Assembly (NCBI GenBank): GCA_039588275.1
Contig: JBDHAC010000002.1
Location: 32,001 to 96,000, forward strand
Length of the DNA stretch: 64,000 nt
From: Gemmatimonadota bacterium
GTDB taxonomy: Bacteria > Gemmatimonadota > Gemmatimonadetes > Palauibacterales > Palauibacteraceae
Direction of reading: 5' to 3'
In this document: positions 9,894-17,640 of the stretch, in pieces
Numbering within the stretch: position 1 is the stretch's first letter
How the letters are laid out: each line of letters starts with the position of its first letter
The notes under the pieces: generated by a model
What the model was told of the DNA's origin: nothing
Database searches by the model: none
The model's input: only the letters and a program-made list of their open reading frames with translations
Made by a program: the position numbers and the translations under genes

Positions 9894-10330
9894 GATGGAG
9901 TCCTTCCTGGGTCTTCCATGTCGAGGCCGTCGATTCGGTCACGGACTGCAGGATCTGTCGGCGCGGTGGGACGCAGGGACCGGCCGATCGCCGGGATACC
10001 ACGCCACGATCGGGCGGCCGGCCGCTCGAGCAGAAAGTCCGTCGGCGAGTGCCACACGGCCGACGTTCGCTGGAGCTCCGCGGCGAGCGCTCCGGTATCG
10101 CCACCGGGCGCCATGAATCGGGCGAGCCGGAGTCCGCCAAGCGCGAGGAGCAGGATCACCGCCGCCGCACCCACCAGTCGGAGCGCTCCTACGCGGTGCC
10201 CATCGGCGGGCCGCCGAGTCTGGCGGCGACTCATGACCTGATCGAACCCGGGGGCGGCGCGGCGCTCCTCGTCCCGGAGACGCCCGAACGCCCGTCGAAG
10301 CCCATCATCGTCATGTCTCGTCCTGCGCAT
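9890..10330 (-). CDS. Putative anti-sigma factor (single TM)
   Basis: DDGLRRAFGRLR N-terminus, one TM, WHSPTDFLL; follows the ECF sigma gene. Confidence 0.7.
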   Translation of the reverse strand: MRRTRHDDDGLRRAFGRLRDEERRAAPGFDQVMSRRQTRRPADGHRVGALRLVGAAAVILLLALGGLRLARFMAPGGDTGALAAELQRTSAVWHSPTDFLLERPAARSWRGIPAIGRSLRPTAPTDPAVRDRIDGLDMEDPGRTPS

Positions 10331-10350
10331 CGAGCCGCTCCCTTCAGCAC

Positions 10351-10955
10351 TCACGGTCCGGCCGCTTTCGGCTCGAGTATCCGCCGGAGACGTTTCTTGC
10401 CCCTCTCGTAGTGCGTGCGCGCCGTGCCCACCGAGGTCCCCATCACCGCCGCCGCCTCCTCGATCGTCATGTCCTGATAGAAAACCAGGTGCAGGACCTG
10501 ACCTTGTCGGGTCGAGAGCCGGCCCACGGCGTCGGCCAGCCTGGCTGACTCCTCGGATCGGATGATCGCCTGCGAGGGGTCCTCCCCGGCCGTTCGATCG
10601 CCCGCGGCCCATGCCGCCACCTGGCGCAGGCGGTGCCGCCTTCTTCTCTCCTGTGCCGTCCTACGAATCACACCGAACAGGAACGTGCGAAAGTGGAGCG
10701 TCCTTCGAAGCGAGCGCGCCCGTCGAGCACCTTCAGGTACGTATCCTGGAGGACATCGGCCGCCTCCGGCTCATCTCCCCGGCAGCAACTGAGCGCCCAC
10801 CCGAAGCTCGCCTCGTGGTGCCGCGCCAGTTTCGCCTCCAACCCGGTCCCGCGGCCCGAGCCGGTGTCGGCCGCTGAGCGCCTATCGGCTGGCCCGCGGC
10901 TGTTGGCCGGGGTGCGAGTCTCGGCGCGGGCGTCCCGGTTCGCCTCGGTTGTCAT
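10351..10955 (-). pseudogene. ECF sigma-70 factor with a 1-nt frameshift at about 10690 (pseudogene or sequencing error)
   Basis: Region 2 ([19 protein letters not shown]) and region 4 (LSTRQ..LVFYQDMTIEEAAAVMGTSVGTARTHYERG) are in different frames; adding 1 nt restores a 201-aa protein. Confidence 0.85.
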
Positions 10956-11148
10956 GACGCTCGGTCGAAGTTCATCCCACGGCTCTCCGTCCGAAGGAAC
11001 GGACCCACAGGAAACGGATCCAGGGGAGCGGCCCCGATCGAACGACGCACCATGGGTGTGTGTCGTCACGGGCGCGTTCATATGACAGCGGCCGACATCG
11101 ACCCCCGCTGATCCCCGGGAGACCTCCCGGACCGAGGTATGGGACCGC

Positions 11149-11592
11149 TCAGGTGGCTTCACGGTCCGCCCCGTCGTGTGGAGTCGCGCACAGCTCGTAC
11201 GCCTCGCGCTCGAAGCCGTTGTCGCGGTAGGCATCCTCCCCGCGGATCGCCGCCCATGCGCTGCTCGACAGGTAGGCGGGGATGAATAGCGGTCCCCAGC
11301 GCTCGCATTGACGGACATGGACGCGCTCGTGAGCGCGTGTCGCGTCCAGATCGGGATCGGTTCGCGCGAGCACCACATGCCCGAGCGTGAGCGCCCGTGC
11401 TCCGCCCGGGATGGGGACCGCAGCACGGAGGAGGAGTGGAAGCAGACCGCCGGACGCCTCGATCGCCCCCGTCCGCAGGTGCAACCTGCCTCCGGTCAAG
11501 GCCGCCAGCAGCGCGATGACGAGGCCGAGGGCCGTGGTCGGTGAGGCCCATGCGTAACGCAGGGCGCGAACGAGCCATGATTGGGGCTTCAG
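11149..11592 (-). CDS. Hypothetical membrane protein with HExxH motif
   Basis: [39 protein letters not shown]; start uncertain (CTG 11592 or TTG 11499). Confidence 0.75.
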   Translation of the reverse strand: MKPQSWLVRALRYAWASPTTALGLVIALLAALTGGRLHLRTGAIEASGGLLPLLLRAAVPIPGGARALTLGHVVLARTDPDLDATRAHERVHVRQCERWGPLFIPAYLSSSAWAAIRGEDAYRDNGFEREAYELCATPHDGADREAT

Positions 11593-11882
11593 CGTCCCGC
11601 CTCTCCGAGCACCTGCCGCAGGCTGTCCGGGTCGATCCCGATCACCTCTACCACCTTGCTGCGTGATCGTTCGCCGCGTGCAATGCGGACACTGGACTTC
11701 GGAACCCCGAGTGCTCGCGAGAGGAAAGCGATCAGCGCCGTGTTGGCCGCACCTTCGACCGGGGGCGCGGTGAGACGGATCTTGATCGCGTCGCCATGCG
11801 ATCCGGCGAGCTCGTTTCTGGACGCACGAGGTTGTACGCGAACGGTGAAGCGAACTCCGTCCCCGATCGACTCGATCTTCAC
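11589..11882 (-). CDS. DUF167 (UPF0235/YggU) family protein
   Basis: VRVQPRASRN..IRLTAPPVEGAAN..GERSRSK. Confidence 0.93.
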   Translation of the reverse strand: MKIESIGDGVRFTVRVQPRASRNELAGSHGDAIKIRLTAPPVEGAANTALIAFLSRALGVPKSSVRIARGERSRSKVVEVIGIDPDSLRQVLGEAGR

Positions 11883-11934
11883 GGACTCGGGGGGAGCGAT
11901 GGCGGCGCCTCGACGACCGGGCTCCGGGAGAGTG

Positions 11935-12507
11935 TCAGCTGTTCGGCAAAGGCTCCAGGCCGGGTGCGACGCATGTATGCGTCAGCTCCCGGCCGTCGTC
12001 GTAGCGCACGGTGATATGCCCCAGACCCCAATCGGCCTCGGGATCCAACGCCACCACGGTCCCCGCATTGCCCCATGAGTCGGCGACGCGCTGACCGACG
12101 TCGAACTCCGCTTCCACCATCGCCTCGTGCAGCCCCCCGCGCGGCGCGCCTGCTATCGCCGGGTCCACCCTGGACTCCTCCAGCACCACACCGCCGTCGG
12201 GCGTGATGGAGTAGGCCTCGCCCCCTTCTCCCACGACGCGGGCTGACAGGGTGGTAGCCAGCCGGATCATCTTGCTGACCAGAGCCTGGTCCGGGTTCTT
12301 TGTGAACACGCTGCCCTGCGACCAGTCGAGCCACGGCTCCACCAGCATCGACTCGCCGGACCACCGGGCAAAATACGGCCCCATGCTCGCGACGAGCTCG
12401 AGCTCGGGATCGGCGTGGACGACCTCGAGCCACTCCTCCGGCTCGATCGGTAGACTCGCCCCGTTTACCCCGCAATCGGCCCGCGTGATTTGCAGATCGT
12501 AGCCCAT
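11935..12507 (-). CDS. Hypothetical protein with C-terminal Tudor/SH3-like domain
   Basis: MGYDLQITRA N-terminal domain; FDVGQRV..GTVV..ITVRYDDG C-terminus; start could be 12516. Confidence 0.65.
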   Translation of the reverse strand: MGYDLQITRADCGVNGASLPIEPEEWLEVVHADPELELVASMGPYFARWSGESMLVEPWLDWSQGSVFTKNPDQALVSKMIRLATTLSARVVGEGGEAYSITPDGGVVLEESRVDPAIAGAPRGGLHEAMVEAEFDVGQRVADSWGNAGTVVALDPEADWGLGHITVRYDDGRELTHTCVAPGLEPLPNS

Positions 12508-12681
12508 CGGCTGCATCCCAAAGCCCTTCCGCACCACCACCAACCCCGCTACGAGCGGGGCGCATGCCCGCCAGCTCGAAGCTGGTGGCGCAAGCGGCAT
12601 GCCGGTGGTAGGGCGGTCCCGGCTCGCGATGGAGGCTACAGAGGGGCGACGAGCGCGGGCGTGGGCCGCCAGGCTCGAGCT

Positions 12682-12888
12682 TCAGCCGCTCCTCCACTTC
12701 ATGTACTCGAACACGGTTCGGCACCGGTGGCAGTAATACTGGCTCGTCGAGAGCGCCGAGCCGAACGCCGCGAACTGCTGCGTGTCGGTGCCTCCGCAGA
12801 ACGGGCACTCGACCGCCTCGGGCAGCTCCTGATTGGGCCTCGCGTCCGGATTCACAGGGGTCGGAATACCCGGGTCGTCGGGTTGCAT
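12682..12888 (-). CDS. Stand-alone PaaD-type zinc-ribbon protein
   Basis: CPFCGG..T...FGS....QYYCHRC..FEYMK matches the PaaD C-terminal zinc ribbon. Confidence 0.85.
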   Translation of the reverse strand: MQPDDPGIPTPVNPDARPNQELPEAVECPFCGGTDTQQFAAFGSALSTSQYYCHRCRTVFEYMKWRSG

Positions 12889-12895
12889 CGCGGCC

Positions 12896-13732
12896 TCAAT
12901 CCATGAGAAGAGTGCGGTTCCGATCTCCGCGCACTCGGGCGAGCGTATCCGGGTCGGGTCCACCGTCCGATCGGCGTCTCCGCTCGGTGCTCCAGTCGGT
13001 CCAGTCGATGTCGGTCGAGCTGACCCACACACCGTCCGAGTCCCGTTCCGCGAGACCGATGCCGGCGGCATCGAGGATGGGACCTACGCGCTCGAGCCAC
13101 TGGGTCCGGAGCTCATCCGGTCGGCTCGACGTCACACCGGCCTCGGCGAGAGTGTTTCCGAGCGGGTCGTCGGTCGGACCGTACGCACGCATGCAGGCCT
13201 GCCAGGCCGATCCGAGCGCGTCGCGCAACGCCCCCCGTCCGGCATCGGTCATCGCCAGGCGCACTACCCAACCGCGGGCGTGCTCGAAGTGAAAGCGCTC
13301 CTCATCCAGCAACTTGCGAGCCTTGTAGTGGATCGGCTCGAAGCGGCTCGACTCCATCGCCTCGAACTGCACGGAGAGCGCGGTGTCGAGCAGGAGGTTG
13401 AGCGCGAGCAGCTCCGGCCACGATTCGACCGATGCATCCAGTAGCTCGGAGCTATGGTAGCCCTCCGCCTCGCGCTCGTGCTCGAGCGCGCTCGGGTCCA
13501 GGCCGAAGTCCTTCAGCATCGCGTACACGATGCGCCCGTGGCCCCATTCGTCCTGCGCCATGGCGGAACAGGCGATCCCCGCTTCGACGGATGGCGCTCC
13601 GAGGATCCAGTCGGAGTAACGGATCCCGAGCACACGCTTGTTGTCCGCCAGGGTGAGCAGCAGATCTCGCAGGTGATCGCGGACTTCGGACGGAAGATCC
13701 GCGGCCGTCGGAAAACCGGCGCGCTCGTTCAT
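12896..13732 (-). CDS. PaaC-like (beta) subunit of a ring epoxidase/diiron monooxygenase
   Basis: LADNKRVLG, GAPSVE, AQDEWGHG, DEERFH, C-terminal RVRGD. Confidence 0.85.
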   Translation of the reverse strand: MNERAGFPTAADLPSEVRDHLRDLLLTLADNKRVLGIRYSDWILGAPSVEAGIACSAMAQDEWGHGRIVYAMLKDFGLDPSALEHEREAEGYHSSELLDASVESWPELLALNLLLDTALSVQFEAMESSRFEPIHYKARKLLDEERFHFEHARGWVVRLAMTDAGRGALRDALGSAWQACMRAYGPTDDPLGNTLAEAGVTSSRPDELRTQWLERVGPILDAAGIGLAERDSDGVWVSSTDIDWTDWSTERRRRSDGGPDPDTLARVRGDRNRTLLMD

Positions 13733-14043
13733 GGCTCCTCTTCGCTCACGGCATGACCATACGCGGGTACGCCGACTTCATCCGCGGCCGATCCTTCGCC
13801 CACCGGCGGCGCTCCTCCGAGCGTGAAAGGGGCCTGTGTCCGGTTCACGGCCTCGAACGCATCGCGCGGAGCCACCGCCATCTCGAACCACTTCTGCTCA
13901 TCGTAGGTCTGCCAGGCGTACACCCTGGCGAGATCTGAATTCGGCGCGGTCACGGAACCGATGTGCTGGAACGGATCGGCCCGGTCCTTCCGGGTGAAGA
14001 CTTCGTAGATGCGCTCGTCCGTCGGGGAATTCGCGTTCGCCAT
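13729..14043 (-). CDS. PaaB-like subunit
   Basis: YEVF.R...FQHIGSVTAP..DLA..YA..TY PaaB pattern. Confidence 0.85.
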   Translation of the reverse strand: MANANSPTDERIYEVFTRKDRADPFQHIGSVTAPNSDLARVYAWQTYDEQKWFEMAVAPRDAFEAVNRTQAPFTLGGAPPVGEGSAADEVGVPAYGHAVSEEEP

Positions 14044-14549
14044 CAGACTGAAACTCCCGCGCGTCGCATGATCTCGCGACCGCGCTTGGTGATGCGGTCC
14101 GTCGTCCAGGGCGGATCCCACACGGTCTCGATCTCCACCTGCCTCACGCCCGGCTCGCGGAGCAGGCGCTCGCGCACATCCCACTTGATGAAGTCCATGC
14201 ACGGGCAAGCGGTGGCCGTGAAGCTGATCGAGACGGCCACCGAACCGGTCTCCGCGTCCGCCTCGACACCGTACACGAGCCCGAGATCGACGAGCGAAAT
14301 GGGGAATTCGGGGTCGGATACTTCGTACAGGGCCCGATGTGCCGCTTCGGCAAGGTCCGTCGGCGGCGACGCGAAGGCGGGCGGATCCGGCAATCGCATC
14401 CCTCCTCCCTGCGTCTCGCGCAGGACAGCCGCGAAGTTCATCTCGTCCTCGCGCCGCTCCCGTCGGCCGGCAGCGGCGATCGGCAACCTCGAGCGCGCCT
14501 CCTCGTGCGCGGCGAGGACGGTTGAGCCCGGGCCCTCGGAATCGTCCAT
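14043..14549 (-). CDS. PaaD-like / DUF59 (MIP18) metal-cluster assembly protein
   Basis: VSDPEFPISLVDLGLVY, TATACP, WDPPWTTDRIT; TGATG-coupled start. Confidence 0.9.
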   Translation of the reverse strand: MDDSEGPGSTVLAAHEEARSRLPIAAAGRRERREDEMNFAAVLRETQGGGMRLPDPPAFASPPTDLAEAAHRALYEVSDPEFPISLVDLGLVYGVEADAETGSVAVSISFTATACPCMDFIKWDVRERLLREPGVRQVEIETVWDPPWTTDRITKRGREIMRRAGVSV

Positions 14550-15610
14550 CACGGGAAGTCGACCCGAAAGATCTCGAACACCTGCACGGGCTCCTCGGCA
14601 CCGAGTCCAGAGAAGTGCGGATTCACGGCCCAGACTGCATCGCCCCGCAGGGTCGCCGTCGTGGGCTGCGATGGGGTCGAGGCTCGCGCGGCGATCTCGG
14701 CCGTCTCCCATCCGTCCGTGCTCCGGAGGATCATGACCTCCGGTGAGGGCGACCCGTCGTCGGCGATCGAGCTACCCACCACCAGGAGGGTGCCATCCGG
14801 GCGCAATACGAGACCGTCGCCCACCACGGGTTCGGAGAGGGTCACGTCGCTGAGCTGATCGGGGGCATCGAGCGGGACACGAACGAACGCTTGCGCCCCC
14901 ATGACGGCCACCAGCAGGTATCCGTCCGGGTGGTAATCGATCCCGTTCAGCCCGACGGGATCGGCGGAGAAGCGTTCATCTTCGACGAGAACCGTGGCGT
15001 TGCCGTCCAAGTCGACCCGGTAGATCACCGGTGCGAAGGAATCGGTGACGTACGCGGTGCCGTCGGGTCCGACGGTCATATCGTTGGCGAAGTGTCGCAC
15101 CTCCGGCAGGAGCGCGCCCAGGTCGACCATGTGCAGCCGCGCCCCGCTCTCGAGATCGTAGATGCCGAGCTTGGCCTGACCTGCAAATGCTGCATCCTGG
15201 AAGACCCCCAGATCGGAGTTCGCGACCAGCAGGCGACCGTTCGCGGCGTCGATGTGAATCCCGATCGAACCGACGAGCTCCTCATCCTCGATGAACGGGC
15301 GGTGGGTCCCGTCGTCCCGGACCTCGGTGATGGTGCCCTGCGTCACGGACCCGACCAGGAAGCGACCGTTCGCCGCATCGAACTCGACGCCCTCCGGGTG
15401 TAGACCCGGTTCCTGGATGAGTAGCGTGTCCAACAGCGTCGCTTGACCGGGGTCGGCGCTCTCGGCCTCCGGCTCGGCATCCGGAGCTTCGCCGCATGCG
15501 AGCCCGAAGGGGAGCAACAAGGCCAGGAGCCGGCCCGTTCGCGCAGGCGCCGACGTCCGATGGCGGCTCTTCGTCGAAGCATCGGTCGGGATTGAGTCGA
15601 AGCGTTCCAT
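14549..15610 (-). CDS. SMP-30/gluconolactonase-type beta-propeller lipoprotein
   Basis: Lipobox FGLAC; HPEGV, FANDMTVGPDGTAYVTDS, GLNGI, GDGL blade motifs; GAGAGG RBS. Confidence 0.85.
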   Translation of the reverse strand: MERFDSIPTDASTKSRHRTSAPARTGRLLALLLPFGLACGEAPDAEPEAESADPGQATLLDTLLIQEPGLHPEGVEFDAANGRFLVGSVTQGTITEVRDDGTHRPFIEDEELVGSIGIHIDAANGRLLVANSDLGVFQDAAFAGQAKLGIYDLESGARLHMVDLGALLPEVRHFANDMTVGPDGTAYVTDSFAPVIYRVDLDGNATVLVEDERFSADPVGLNGIDYHPDGYLLVAVMGAQAFVRVPLDAPDQLSDVTLSEPVVGDGLVLRPDGTLLVVGSSIADDGSPSPEVMILRSTDGWETAEIAARASTPSQPTTATLRGDAVWAVNPHFSGLGAEEPVQVFEIFRVDFP

Positions 15611-15644
15611 GGGCGTGTCCTCTCGGTTGGGCATGCCGTGCGCC

Positions 15645-16583
15645 CTAGGCGGCAAGCAGCTGCTCGACATCGTACCGGCTCTTCCTCACTGACTCGACGT
15701 ACTCTTCGTTCATCGGCCCGCGCCCCTTCCAGCGCTCGAATACCGCCGACCAGCCGATCGGCTCGTCGAACAGCCACCGCTTCGCATCCGGGTCGTACTG
15801 GCAAGGAAACTCGAAATCGAGCTCGACTTCTTCCGTGTCCGGGTTCACGTGCGCGGGTACATCCACTCCGATCTCGTTACACAGAGGCACGACCGCCTTG
15901 AGCCAGGTCTGCCGGAGCTGGTCGTTCGTCATGCCTTTGAGCTTGAACTCCAGCTGCGCGTTGTGACGTTTCTTGTCGTCTGGCATCCCGAACCACTCGG
16001 CACCCATCGTGAACATCCAATCCACGGCACGCTGCACTAGCTCCTTGCCCTCGCCGCCGGCCTCGCACAGCCGTCGCATCCATACCTCGCCGTGCCGGAG
16101 GTGGAAGTTCTCCTCCATCCCGACCTTGACGAGCCCCCGCTTCAGCGGCCCGTAGCTCGTATTTCGGTGCACATCCCCCAGCAGCGTGATCCCGGCGCGG
16201 TCGTACAGGCCGTTGGCCGTGACGAGCTCGGCCCAGTTCTCGAGCGGCTGGTCGAACCCGTAGGGATGCTTGAACTTCTCCGGAGGTCGTTCGTAGAGGA
16301 GCCAGTGGCGGTCGATCCCCAGGTCCTCGAGGAGCCGGTACGCGATGTTGGCGTGCCCCATCTCGTCCTGAATGATCGCGGTAGCGGAGACCATCGTGTT
16401 GGTGGATGGCGCGTCCTTGGCGGCCATGAAGTACGCCGGGGCGCTGATCAGCTCCGTATCACCCTGCACGGTCAACTGCGTGATCAGCGCTTTCTTGTAG
16501 GCCTCCGTCATGTCCTCTTCGGACTCGACGATGAACCCACCCTGGACCTTCCGTTGCAGCTCCTCGTCGGTGAATCGACCCAT
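15645..16583 (-). CDS. PaaA-like (alpha) diiron subunit of a ring epoxidase/monooxygenase, divergent
   Basis: QGDTE, QDEMGH, YDRAG, SYGPL, EENFH diiron ligand set; WFG..D, NDQLRQ.W. Confidence 0.88.
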   Translation of the reverse strand: MGRFTDEELQRKVQGGFIVESEEDMTEAYKKALITQLTVQGDTELISAPAYFMAAKDAPSTNTMVSATAIIQDEMGHANIAYRLLEDLGIDRHWLLYERPPEKFKHPYGFDQPLENWAELVTANGLYDRAGITLLGDVHRNTSYGPLKRGLVKVGMEENFHLRHGEVWMRRLCEAGGEGKELVQRAVDWMFTMGAEWFGMPDDKKRHNAQLEFKLKGMTNDQLRQTWLKAVVPLCNEIGVDVPAHVNPDTEEVELDFEFPCQYDPDAKRWLFDEPIGWSAVFERWKGRGPMNEEYVESVRKSRYDVEQLLAA

Positions 16584-16773
16584 CCGTGGTGGCCTCCTTG
16601 TTCTGTGCGGGACAGCAATCTAGCGGCGGGGTCAGCCGGGTGAAACCAACTGAATGCGCCTGCCGCGGCCCCGTCAGGCCGTGCCCGCGGTGGGCCGTGA
16701 CCATGGTGGGCGATGCCTGGACGCACCATTTTGCGAGCCCCGCAGCAGATCCACCCTATGGACGGAGGATTCG

Positions 16774-17568
16774 ATGTCCGATGTGACAGGCAGATTTGTT
16801 TGGTACGATCTCATGACCACCGACCCGGACGCCGCAATGGGTTTCTACCAAGGCATCACCGGCTGGGGGACGCAGGCGTGGGAGGGAGGTGAGACCCCTT
16901 ATACGATGTGGACCGTCGGAGAGCGGCCCATCGGCGGTGTGATGGAGCTCCCCGCAGAGGCGAAAGCCGGCGGAGCCCCACCTCATTGGCTTCCGTACGT
17001 CGGGACACCCGACGTGGACGCCACCGTCGCTCGGGCGAGCGAGCTCGGCGGATCCGTTTACGTGCCCCCGACCGACATCCCGGACGTGGGTCGATTCGCG
17101 GTTCTGGCGGACCCGCAGGGGGCGGTCTTCGCGGTGTTCTCGCCATCCGGTGAGCACCCCGTGCCGGAGGGTCCTCCGCAGAGCGGTGAGATGTCCTGGC
17201 ACGAGTTGGCCACCAGCGACTACGAAGCCGCATTCGCGTTCTATTCCGACCTGTTCGGGTGGGAGAAGTCCGACGCGATGGACATGGGGGAGGGCGCCAT
17301 CTACCAGCTGTACGGGTTAGCCGGCGGACCGGAGAATCACCTCGGCGGGATGTTCAACAAGCCCCCGGAGATGCCCGGCCCTTCTGCATGGCTGTGCTAC
17401 ACGACGGTGGCTGACGTCACGCCCCTGTCCGAGCGGGTGAAGGAGCTCGGGGGCCAGGTCCTGCACGGTCCCATGGAGGTGCCAGGCGGGGACATGATCG
17501 TGACCTGTATGGATCCACAGGGCGCCGTGTTCGCGCTTCATTCGATGAGCGGCGGCGAGGGAGGCTGA
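16774..17568 (+). CDS. VOC family (glyoxalase/bleomycin resistance) two-domain protein
   Basis: GRFVWYDLMTTD, GRFAVLADPQGA, WHELAT repeats; GGAGG RBS. Confidence 0.93.
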   Translation: MSDVTGRFVWYDLMTTDPDAAMGFYQGITGWGTQAWEGGETPYTMWTVGERPIGGVMELPAEAKAGGAPPHWLPYVGTPDVDATVARASELGGSVYVPPTDIPDVGRFAVLADPQGAVFAVFSPSGEHPVPEGPPQSGEMSWHELATSDYEAAFAFYSDLFGWEKSDAMDMGEGAIYQLYGLAGGPENHLGGMFNKPPEMPGPSAWLCYTTVADVTPLSERVKELGGQVLHGPMEVPGGDMIVTCMDPQGAVFALHSMSGGEGG

Positions 17569-17640
17569 TCCGGCCCACGAACGCCCAGGCCGCGAGACGG
17601 TCTCCGGACTGATGCGAGTAAGGGGCGCCCACGGCGCCCC

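Noticed and set aside
16654..16773. Possible sigma54 promoter (TGG...TTTTGC) before the VOC gene
   Set aside because: GG-GC spacing is 12, not the required 10
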